A DNA stretch of 59,686 nucleotides from the NCBI GenBank assembly GCA_030616085.1, contig JAUWYA010000001.1:74692-134377 (forward strand). Reading direction: 5' to 3'. The translations under genes were made by a program, and so were the position numbers. Below, in pieces: positions 52,368 to 59,686 of this stretch. The first letter of the stretch is position 1. Every line of letters starts with the position of its first letter. The DNA is from Candidatus Nealsonbacteria bacterium (GTDB lineage Bacteria; Patescibacteriota; Minisyncoccia; Minisyncoccales; GWA2-38-27). The notes beneath the pieces were generated by a model, which saw nothing but the letters and a program-made list of their open reading frames with translations, was not told where the DNA came from and ran no database searches.

Positions 52368-53387
52368 ATGAAAGAAGAAGAAATTCGGCCTAAAAATCTT
52401 CACGATACTATTATTGAGCTTTCTCGTCAAGATGTAGAAAGACTTATTTTGCCTGAGAAGAACAAGTTAGAAGAGATAGCTTGTCCGGGATGTGGTAGCA
52501 AAAATTCAACTTTTCAGTTCAAAAAATTTGGCCTGGATTATGTTTTATGCCAGGATTGTTATTCTCTATATTTGTCTCCCAGACCAAAAGAATCTTTTTT
52601 AAATCAAATTTACCCGAAAATGAAATCTGTTCAATATTGGGAGGCCCACTTTTATAAAGAAACTGCTGAACCAAGAAGAGAAAAAATATATGTTCCCAGA
52701 GCCAAAAAGGTTGTTGATCTAATTAACCAATATAAGGTTCCGGATAAAGAGGTATTAATAGATATTGGTTCCGGTTTTGGTATTTTTCTTGAGGAATTAA
52801 GAAAAGTATCTGATTTCAAGAAACTAATCGCTACTGAACCAACTTTATCTTTGGCTAAAGTTTGTGAAAGTAAGGGATTAGACGTTATTAAAAAACTAGG
52901 CCGAGACCTGTCTCTTTCTGATATTTCAAAAAAAGCTTCGGTGATCACTTGTTTTGAGGTATTAGAACATATAGTTGACCCTTTAAAATTTTTAACTGTT
53001 TTAAGCAAGATTTTAAAACCAGGGGGATTATTAATTTTAACTGCCCCTAGTGTTAGCGGAATAGATGTCCAGCTGCTTTGGGAAAAATCAAAAACAGTTT
53101 ATCCGCCTCATCACATTAATTTACTATCGGTTGAGGGAGTGAAAGAGCTTATAGGGAGAGTAAATGGTTTAGAACTTTTGGATATCTCTACCCCTGGAGC
53201 GCTGGATGTAGATATTATCCGAAATGCCAAAAGAGAAGGAGTCATTGAAAATTTGGGCAAGTTCTTTGATTACCTTTTTTCACGAGAGGACGAGAATCTT
53301 TTTGAAAATTTACAACAGTTTTGTCAAAAACATGACTTAAGCTCTCATTTAATGGTCGTAATTAAAAAAATAATAATTAATAATTAA
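52368..53387 (+). CDS. Zn-ribbon-containing class I SAM methyltransferase (paralog of 45520-46527)
   Basis: CPGCGSKNS...CQDCYSLYLSPRP, LIDIGSGFGIF, FEVLEHI, GGLLILTA, INLLSVEG...LELLDISTPGALDV. Confidence 0.75.
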   Translation: MKEEEIRPKNLHDTIIELSRQDVERLILPEKNKLEEIACPGCGSKNSTFQFKKFGLDYVLCQDCYSLYLSPRPKESFLNQIYPKMKSVQYWEAHFYKETAEPRREKIYVPRAKKVVDLINQYKVPDKEVLIDIGSGFGIFLEELRKVSDFKKLIATEPTLSLAKVCESKGLDVIKKLGRDLSLSDISKKASVITCFEVLEHIVDPLKFLTVLSKILKPGGLLILTAPSVSGIDVQLLWEKSKTVYPPHHINLLSVEGVKELIGRVNGLELLDISTPGALDVDIIRNAKREGVIENLGKFFDYLFSREDENLFENLQQFCQKHDLSSHLMVVIKKIIINN

Positions 53388-53394
53388 CCAGTTT

Positions 53395-54162
53395 ATGAAT
53401 ATTATTAGTATTATTCCAGCTCGAATGGCTTCTACTCGCTTCCCTGGAAAATCGTTAGCAAAAATTCAGGGTCTCTCCATGGTTGGCCATGTTTATTTTA
53501 GGAGCAAGATGGCTGAGTTGTTAAACGGGGTTTATGTGGCCACGCCTGATAAAGAAATTTCAGATTATATTAAATCAATTGGGGGAAATTCAATTATGAC
53601 CAAATTTACCCATCGGTCTGCCCCTGACCGAACAGCAGAAGCAATGGCAAAAATAGAAAAAAGATTCAAGAAAAAAATAGATATTGTAGTAATGGTTCAG
53701 GGAGATGAGCCAATGGTCAGGCCCGAGATGATTGATGAGACAGTAAAACCGATGATAGAGGATAAATCCATTCAGATTTCTAACCTCGGGGCCCCAATTA
53801 CTAACCGCCAAGAACACAACGACTCAAATGTAGTAAAAGTGGTGGTGGACAAAAATAACTTCGCTCTCTATTTTTCCAGAGAGCCCATTCCTTCTTTTAA
53901 AAAGGGGGCAAGAGAAGTGCCGATGCTAAAACAGACCGGTATTATCGCCTTTAGGAGAGATTTCTTGATTAAGTTCAATAATATGCCACCAACTCCCTTG
54001 GAACTCATTGAATCGGTAGATATGTTGAGGTTGCTTGAGAATGGCTTCAAAGTAAAAATGATCTTTTCAGATTATCCTCTCTTCAGCGTTGATACTAAAG
54101 AAGATTTAGGATTTGTTGAAAAAAAGATGGCAAAGGATGATTTAATAAAATCTTATTTATGA
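53395..54162 (+). CDS. KdsB-like 3-deoxy-ulosonate cytidylyltransferase
   Basis: IISIIPARMASTRFPGKSLAKIQGLSMVGHV and VMVQGDEP match the KdsB/CMP-Kdo synthetase signature. Confidence 0.8.
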   Translation: MNIISIIPARMASTRFPGKSLAKIQGLSMVGHVYFRSKMAELLNGVYVATPDKEISDYIKSIGGNSIMTKFTHRSAPDRTAEAMAKIEKRFKKKIDIVVMVQGDEPMVRPEMIDETVKPMIEDKSIQISNLGAPITNRQEHNDSNVVKVVVDKNNFALYFSREPIPSFKKGAREVPMLKQTGIIAFRRDFLIKFNNMPPTPLELIESVDMLRLLENGFKVKMIFSDYPLFSVDTKEDLGFVEKKMAKDDLIKSYL

Positions 54163-55760
54163 TAGTTAAAATAAGTCAAAAAAGAGAAAACCAGATATTT
54201 ATATATGACGAAGAAGATAATTTGTTGAAAAGTTTTGAAATAAAAGAAAATCTTCAGAGGGCTCTCGAATTTTTAAAACAACTCAACTCTGTTAAAACCA
54301 CTGACGGCGTTCCTATCTACAAGACAAAAATGTTTAAGGGGATATCGGTTTGGTCATTTCATCAGCACGTCTTATTTTTGAATTTCTTGCGAGGTTATGT
54401 CAAATACGAAGAAATTATAAAATTTTTGATTGAAAATAAAGTTGAAAAGGTAATTGTTGATGGTAACAACGAAAATCTCAAAGAATATTTAAAGATAAAT
54501 AAGATTGAAGTGAATAACGATTCTGGTAGAGCTCGGAAAGTGCGCTTTTTTTTAATTTCTTCTTTTATGAAAATGACTGCCTTGATAATTACTTTTTTGG
54601 CATTTTTAAAAATTTTGCTTCATAAAACCCCCCTCTTAATTTATACCCCGGATAAATTTTCAAAAAAGCACAACTGTGATTTCAGATTTTACCCTGTTTA
54701 TCAATATCTGAAAGAAAGAAAAATTCCTTACATTGAAATATTTCACACTCTCTTAAATCGTGAATTTTTTAAAAACATTATAAGCCGAAAACGTTTAGCT
54801 ATCTATTTAGAAGTTTTCCCTGTTTTTTCGAGTAAAAAGTGGAAGAGCAGGGAATATAATTTATCTCTTTTTGAACCACATAATCAAAGATATTTTCAGT
54901 ATCTTCTGAGAATAATAGACCTAAAGTCTCAAAAGAGCATTAGACAGATAGATGCGATATCCTGGCTTCTAAAATTTACTAAAATAAAAAAACTCCTAGC
55001 TATAGATGATGTTAGATATACCAACGAGCTTATTGTTGCCTGTAAGTTAAATAAGATAAAAACTTATGGATTTCAGCACGGCCAGTTTACTAAATATCAT
55101 GTAGGTTGGATGAATTATAATATTCCAAAAGAGGTGTCAATTACTTTTGATAAATTATTTGTTTGGAATAAATATTGGAAAAAAGTATTGTTTTCTTATA
55201 GTACTCAGTATAATGAAGAAAATATAGAAATTAGCGGATTATTACGAGAGCTAAAACCGATAGAATATAAAAAAAAGGAATTTAAAATTGGAAGAATGTC
55301 TGAGTTAAAGATCTTAGTGCCCTATGAAACCTTCGCCCCAAAAGCAGAAGTTAAAGATTATTTAAATAGGCTTTCGAGCTTAGGTGTTAAAATCTTTTTC
55401 AAGCCCAGGCCTGATATTCCATATAATCAACAGCTCGCGGAATATGATTTTCAAGAAGGAAAAGGCATTGAATTTGCTGAAAAAATTAACGCAGATATTT
55501 TATTAGAAATAGACGTCGTTGGAGGCACTTACAGCACTTTTTTAAACGAAATGATTTTTTATGAAAAACCATTATTTATTTTTGAAACATCGTTTGACCA
55601 GGGACACCGGTTGATAGAAGACAACTTAGGATTTTTAATAAAAAAAGATTTTAACCCTTCGATTTTACTGGATTACATAAATAATTATCAAAGTAAAAAA
55701 AATCAGGCCTGGCCGTCTGTTCAAACAAGCATAGAAGAAACCCTGGACAGTCTTAACTAA
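54159..55760 (+). CDS. hypothetical protein, putative glycosyl/ulosonyl transferase (paralog of 26831-28141)
   Basis: Shared QHG...VW.KYW block with the 26831 protein. One internal hydrophobic segment. It directly follows the cytidylyltransferase with an ATGA overlap. Confidence 0.4.
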   Translation: MIVKISQKRENQIFIYDEEDNLLKSFEIKENLQRALEFLKQLNSVKTTDGVPIYKTKMFKGISVWSFHQHVLFLNFLRGYVKYEEIIKFLIENKVEKVIVDGNNENLKEYLKINKIEVNNDSGRARKVRFFLISSFMKMTALIITFLAFLKILLHKTPLLIYTPDKFSKKHNCDFRFYPVYQYLKERKIPYIEIFHTLLNREFFKNIISRKRLAIYLEVFPVFSSKKWKSREYNLSLFEPHNQRYFQYLLRIIDLKSQKSIRQIDAISWLLKFTKIKKLLAIDDVRYTNELIVACKLNKIKTYGFQHGQFTKYHVGWMNYNIPKEVSITFDKLFVWNKYWKKVLFSYSTQYNEENIEISGLLRELKPIEYKKKEFKIGRMSELKILVPYETFAPKAEVKDYLNRLSSLGVKIFFKPRPDIPYNQQLAEYDFQEGKGIEFAEKINADILLEIDVVGGTYSTFLNEMIFYEKPLFIFETSFDQGHRLIEDNLGFLIKKDFNPSILLDYINNYQSKKNQAWPSVQTSIEETLDSLN

Positions 55761-55803
55761 GGATTTTAGAAAATGAAGATTATCTATAATTAGCAATATT
55801 AGA

Positions 55804-56592
55804 ATGCCAAAAATATCAGTAATAATGTCGGTTTATAATGGAGAGAAATATTTAGAAGAATCAATTCAAAGTATTTTGAATCAAAGCTTTAGGGACTTTG
55901 AATTTATTATTGTTGATGATGGTTCTAGTGACAGAACTCTGGAGATTTTAAAAGATTATACAGAGAAAGACTCTCGAGTTAAGATAATCACTAATGAAAA
56001 AAATATTGGTTTGACCAAATCTCTTAATAAAGCTATAAAAATAGCGCAAGGTAAATATATTGCTCGTCAGGATGCCGATGATATCTCTTTGCCTCAAAGA
56101 TTAGAAAAACAGATTGAATTTTTAGAAAAGAACCCTGAAATTAAAATTTTAGGCACTTTTGGTTATAGAATAGACAAACATGGAAAGATTTTGAAAAGAG
56201 AGATTGTGCCGGTTTCTTTTTCAGAAGTTAAAAAAACCCTTATCAAGAGAAACCCTTTTATTCATACTTCAGTAATTATGACCAGGGAATTAAGCTCCTA
56301 TAACGAAAATTTTAAAGTTTCTCAAGATTATGAATTATGGTTTAGAATTCTAAGAATTGCCAAGGGAGAGAACTTACCTTTATTTTTAGTAAAAAAAAGA
56401 TATCGAACAGAGATGATTTCTTTTAATAGAGGCAGGGAGCAAATAAAATATATGCTTTTTCTTCAAAAAGAAGCTATAAAAAGAGGAGATTATTCAAAGT
56501 TTTCATATGTTTATCTTTTGAGAACTTATCTTTCTTTAATATGTCCTTTGTTTTTAAAAAGATATATTAAAATAAAATTATGTGCGGTATAG
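55804..56592 (+). CDS. family 2 glycosyltransferase
   Basis: ISVIMSVYNGEKYLEESIQSILNQSFRDFEFIIVDDGSSDRT and ARQDADDIS. Confidence 0.85.
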   Translation: MPKISVIMSVYNGEKYLEESIQSILNQSFRDFEFIIVDDGSSDRTLEILKDYTEKDSRVKIITNEKNIGLTKSLNKAIKIAQGKYIARQDADDISLPQRLEKQIEFLEKNPEIKILGTFGYRIDKHGKILKREIVPVSFSEVKKTLIKRNPFIHTSVIMTRELSSYNENFKVSQDYELWFRILRIAKGENLPLFLVKKRYRTEMISFNRGREQIKYMLFLQKEAIKRGDYSKFSYVYLLRTYLSLICPLFLKRYIKIKLCAV

Positions 56593-58460
56593 TTGGAATT
56601 TATAATTTAAAAGGAAAACCTGTTGATTCTTTTTTAATTCAAAGAATGACTGATGTTTTAAAACATCGGGGTCCGGATGACAAAGGGATTTTTTGCCATA
56701 ATCAGATTGGTCTTGGTCATCGCCGGCTTTCAATTATTGATTTGTCAAAAGCTGGTCATCAGCCCATGTCAAACGAAGAGGCCAGTGTTTGGATTATTCA
56801 TAACGGTGAAATATATAATTTCCAGGAATTAAGAAAAACTTTAACTGGCTTAGCTCACAAATTTAAATCAAGAACTGATACAGAGGTAATTTTACATAGT
56901 TATCAGGAGTGGGGCGTGAACTGTCTTGAGAAATTCAATGGAATGTTTGCTTTTGCAATTTGGGACAAGAGGAAACAACAAATATTTTTAGCCCGAGACA
57001 GATTAGGACAAAAGCCCTTATATTATTATTTTGACCAAGAAAAATTTGTTTTTGCTTCAGAAATAAAAGCTATTTTACAAGATAAAAGCATTCAAAGAGA
57101 ATTAGATTCTCAAGGGATAGTCAATTATTTTACTTTTGGTCATTCTATTGCTCCAGGTACTATTTATAAAGGAATAAAAAAACTTTTACCTGGTCATTAT
57201 TTAATTCTAAAAAATGGAAAAATTGAAATTAAACAATATTGGGAAGCATATTCAGCAACAACAGAACAGGAAGATAAAGGAAGAGAATATTATCAGCAAG
57301 GCATAAGAGAACTTTTTGAAAAGTCAGTTAAACAAAGATTGATTTCCGATGTTCCTTTAGGTGTTTTTTTGAGTGGAGGCATTGATTCCAGTTCAATAGT
57401 GGCAATGATGGCAAAATGTAATGTTTCTCATATAAAAACTTTTTCAGTTGGGTTTAATATTAAGGGTAAAGAATTTAACGAACTTTCTGATGCTGAAATC
57501 GTAGCTAATTACTTTAAAACCGAGCACCATCAGGTAGTTTTGGAAGAATTAGATTTAGTAAACACTTTAAATAAACTGGTCTATCATTTTGATGAGCCGT
57601 TTGGAGATGCTGCTAATTTCCCTGTTTTTTATATCAGTCAATTCGCTAAAAACTATGTAACGGTTGCTTTAACTGGAGATGGGGGGGATGAGATTTTCGG
57701 AGGATACCGGAGATATATAATTGAAAGAAACCATTCCAAATTTTTGGTTCTAAATTGGCTTTTAAGAAATAGTTTAGTTAAAGAATTTGCCAATTCGTTG
57801 CCAAAATTTAGGAGAGTAAAAAGACTTGTTAAAACTTTGCCAATTAAAGATGATTTGTTAAGGTATACTAATTGGCTCACTTTTTTTTCAGAAGAGATGA
57901 GGAACCAACTTTTCCGAAGCGATTTGTTGAAAAATGAAGATAATCCTTTAAAAGTTTATAAAGAGTATTTTCCTCAAAATAATTCCCGAGATTTACTTAA
58001 AACTTTTATGTATCTTGACCAAAAGATTTTATTGCCTGATCGTTATTTAGAAAAAGTTGACAAGCCGAGTATGGCAAATGGATTGGAAACCAGGGCTCCA
58101 TTTTTAGATCATCATTTGGTTGAATTTGCTAATTCCATTCCTTCAAAATATAAGATAAAAGGACTTAAGACTAAATATATTTTTAAACAAGCTATGAAAG
58201 ATTTTTTGCCAGAGCAAATTTTAAGAAAAAGAAAACACGGCTTTAGCGTTCCAATCAATCTTTGGTTTAGAGGAAAATTAAAAGATTATTTATTTGAAGT
58301 AATTTTTGACAAAAAAACTAAATCAAGAGGATATTTTAATTTTGATTATATTGAAAAACTTTATAGATGTTACCAAGAAAAAAATCAGCCCTTTGATTCT
58401 CAACTTTGGCTAATTCTAAACTTTGAACTTTGGCATCGTCAATTTATAGATAAAAACTAA
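56580..58460 (+). CDS. asnB: asparagine synthase (glutamine-hydrolysing) family amidotransferase
   Basis: MCGIVGIY (Cys2 Ntn nucleophile), LSGGIDSS PP-loop, 626 aa. Confidence 0.85.
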   Translation: MCGIVGIYNLKGKPVDSFLIQRMTDVLKHRGPDDKGIFCHNQIGLGHRRLSIIDLSKAGHQPMSNEEASVWIIHNGEIYNFQELRKTLTGLAHKFKSRTDTEVILHSYQEWGVNCLEKFNGMFAFAIWDKRKQQIFLARDRLGQKPLYYYFDQEKFVFASEIKAILQDKSIQRELDSQGIVNYFTFGHSIAPGTIYKGIKKLLPGHYLILKNGKIEIKQYWEAYSATTEQEDKGREYYQQGIRELFEKSVKQRLISDVPLGVFLSGGIDSSSIVAMMAKCNVSHIKTFSVGFNIKGKEFNELSDAEIVANYFKTEHHQVVLEELDLVNTLNKLVYHFDEPFGDAANFPVFYISQFAKNYVTVALTGDGGDEIFGGYRRYIIERNHSKFLVLNWLLRNSLVKEFANSLPKFRRVKRLVKTLPIKDDLLRYTNWLTFFSEEMRNQLFRSDLLKNEDNPLKVYKEYFPQNNSRDLLKTFMYLDQKILLPDRYLEKVDKPSMANGLETRAPFLDHHLVEFANSIPSKYKIKGLKTKYIFKQAMKDFLPEQILRKRKHGFSVPINLWFRGKLKDYLFEVIFDKKTKSRGYFNFDYIEKLYRCYQEKNQPFDSQLWLILNFELWHRQFIDKN

Positions 58461-58463
58461 ACT

Positions 58464-59378
58464 ATGAAAAAATATTTAATCACTGGTGGAGCCGGCTTTA
58501 TTGGTTCCCATTTAGTAGATAAATTAATAGGGCAGGGACATAAAGTGATTGTTATTGATAATCTTTCTACTGGCAAGAAAGAAAATTTAAACTCAAAAGC
58601 AGATTTTCACAATCTTAATATCTGCGATTTTGGGGAAATTAAATCTCTTTTTCAAAATATTGATTATGTTTTTCATCTAGCTGCTATTCCTAGGGTACCT
58701 ATTTCAATTGAAGACCCTGTTTCTACTTCAAAAGCAAATATTTTGGGAACAATTAATGTTTTTAAAGCGGGGATTGATAATAAAGTAAAAAGAATTGTTT
58801 TTGCTTCGTCGTCTTCTGTTTATGGAAATCAAGAAAAACTGCCTTTGCAAGAGGATATGAGGCCAAGTCCTCTTAGTCCTTATGCTTTGCAAAAATTAAC
58901 CAGTGAAAGGTTTGCTAAATTATTTGTTCAGCTTTACAAAGTTCCAATAATTTGTTTAAGATATTTCAATGTTTATGGGCCAAGAATTGATTTTGATTCT
59001 GATTATAGTTTAGTTCTTGGCAAATTTTTGAAGTTGAGAACTCAAAATAAACCTTTAACAATTTTTGGTGATGGAGAACAAACCAGAGGCTTTTGCTATA
59101 TTGATGATGTAATACAAGCTAATATTAAAGCTATGCAGAGCAATAATTTAAAAGGCAAAGAAGTAATTAATATTGGCAATAATAAATCCTATTCTATAAA
59201 TTATTTAGCAGAAATAATTGGAGGCAAGGTTGAGTTTTTACCCACTAGATTAGGTGATATTCGTCATACACAAGCAGATATTAGCTTAGCTAAAAAACTT
59301 ATTGATTGGGAGCCAAAAATAGATTTTCGGCAAGGCGTAGAAAAAACAAAACAATGGTTTAAAGAAAATGGAAAATAA
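58464..59378 (+). CDS. NAD-dependent nucleotide-sugar epimerase (GalE/WbpP-like extended SDR)
   Basis: ITGGAGFIGSHLVDKL, SSSSVYG, YALQK (YxxxK). Confidence 0.8.
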   Translation: MKKYLITGGAGFIGSHLVDKLIGQGHKVIVIDNLSTGKKENLNSKADFHNLNICDFGEIKSLFQNIDYVFHLAAIPRVPISIEDPVSTSKANILGTINVFKAGIDNKVKRIVFASSSSVYGNQEKLPLQEDMRPSPLSPYALQKLTSERFAKLFVQLYKVPIICLRYFNVYGPRIDFDSDYSLVLGKFLKLRTQNKPLTIFGDGEQTRGFCYIDDVIQANIKAMQSNNLKGKEVINIGNNKSYSINYLAEIIGGKVEFLPTRLGDIRHTQADISLAKKLIDWEPKIDFRQGVEKTKQWFKENGK

Positions 59379-59686
59379 AGAAATAAAAATTTGTTATGTA
59401 ACCAGCGTTGATATAACATTGAGGTTTATATTATTAAACCATATGAAGTTCCTTATTCGGCAAGGTTATAATGTTTCTGCTGTTTGTTCACCTGGAAAGT
59501 GGCTAAAAGACGTTGAAAACGAAGGAATTAAAATTAAGACTATAAATATTAAAAGAAAGATGGCTCCCTTTTCTGATATTATTGCTTTTCTGAAACTTTA
59601 TTTCTATTTTAGAAAAGAGAAGTTTGATATAATCCATACACATACTCCAAAACCAGAAATTTATGGACAGATAGCTGCCAAATTAG
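59368..59686 (+). CDS. GT4-family glycosyltransferase, N-terminal fragment (runs off the window)
   Basis: My own translation from the ATG at 59368: MENKEIKICYVTSVDITLRFILLNHMKFLIRQGYNVSAVCSPGKW...FDIIHTHTPKPEIYGQIAAKL, typical of the N-terminal domain of WbuB-like GT4 enzymes. It is open to the window end and absent from the ORF track because it has no stop. Confidence 0.65.
   Translation, partial: MENKEIKICYVTSVDITLRFILLNHMKFLIRQGYNVSAVCSPGKWLKDVENEGIKIKTINIKRKMAPFSDIIAFLKLYFYFRKEKFDIIHTHTPKPEIYGQIAAKL

Noticed and set aside
1-59686. Alternative genetic code (UGA recoding), CRISPR arrays, rRNA or tRNA genes, transposases, integrases or prophage genes.
   Set aside because: TGA terminates several well-delimited genes, often in ATGA overlaps, so UGA is a stop. 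I saw no spaced direct-repeat arrays, no tRNA-like cloverleaf segments and no recombinase-like ORFs. The only repeats found are the palindromic elements and the short tandem repeats reported above.

Overview
AT-rich (about 30% G+C by eye) bacterial window of 59.7 kb that is essentially one giant surface-glycan biosynthesis and export supercluster. I support 56 CDS, 54 of them on the + strand. Many have ATGA or short start/stop overlaps, which suggests long translationally coupled operons. The recognisable modules are listed below.

- **Module 1 (2-12423):** a CDP-hexose pathway (RfbF, RfbG-like, RfbH/E1-like) joined to a YerE-like ThDP enzyme, two three-domain C-methyltransferases, a SPASM/Twitch-type radical SAM enzyme, an aldolase, a HAD phosphatase and two Nudix proteins. 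This points to a branched-chain or C-methylated dideoxy sugar.
- **Module 2 (12416-17411):** a GT2, an AsnB-like PP-loop protein with no glutaminase nucleophile, and two tandem Pol-beta-type nucleotidyltransferase-fold paralogs of unknown role.
- **Module 3 (17433-29652):** a cytidylyltransferase::class-III aminotransferase fusion, a NeuB-like synthase, a SIS::B12-radical-SAM fusion, a second B12-radical-SAM enzyme, an acetyltransferase, an SDR and KpsC/KpsS-like transferases.
- **Module 4 (29642-44178):** a block of GT4/GT2 glycosyltransferases and methyltransferases around a Wzm/Wzt ABC exporter.
- **Module 5 (44250-55760):** a second putative CMP-ulosonic-acid module with SIS, two Gfo/Idh/MocA, a 2-hydroxyacid dehydrogenase, a B12-radical-SAM enzyme, an HpcH aldolase, Zn-ribbon methyltransferases and a KdsB-like cytidylyltransferase.
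- **Module 6 (55804-59686):** GT2, AsnB, an epimerase and a GT4 fragment.

Non-coding highlights:
- A 229-nt element at 7755-7983 with about 49% G+C, closed by a 16-bp inverted repeat.
- A three-member family of palindromic elements (core CCCGTTAGA ... TCTAACGGG) with covarying stems. All three overlap coding sequence.
- Several in-frame tandem repeats.

I saw no rRNA, tRNA, CRISPR array, transposase or integrase. The lineage cannot be assigned from sequence alone. An uncultivated AT-rich bacterium using the standard genetic code is my inference.
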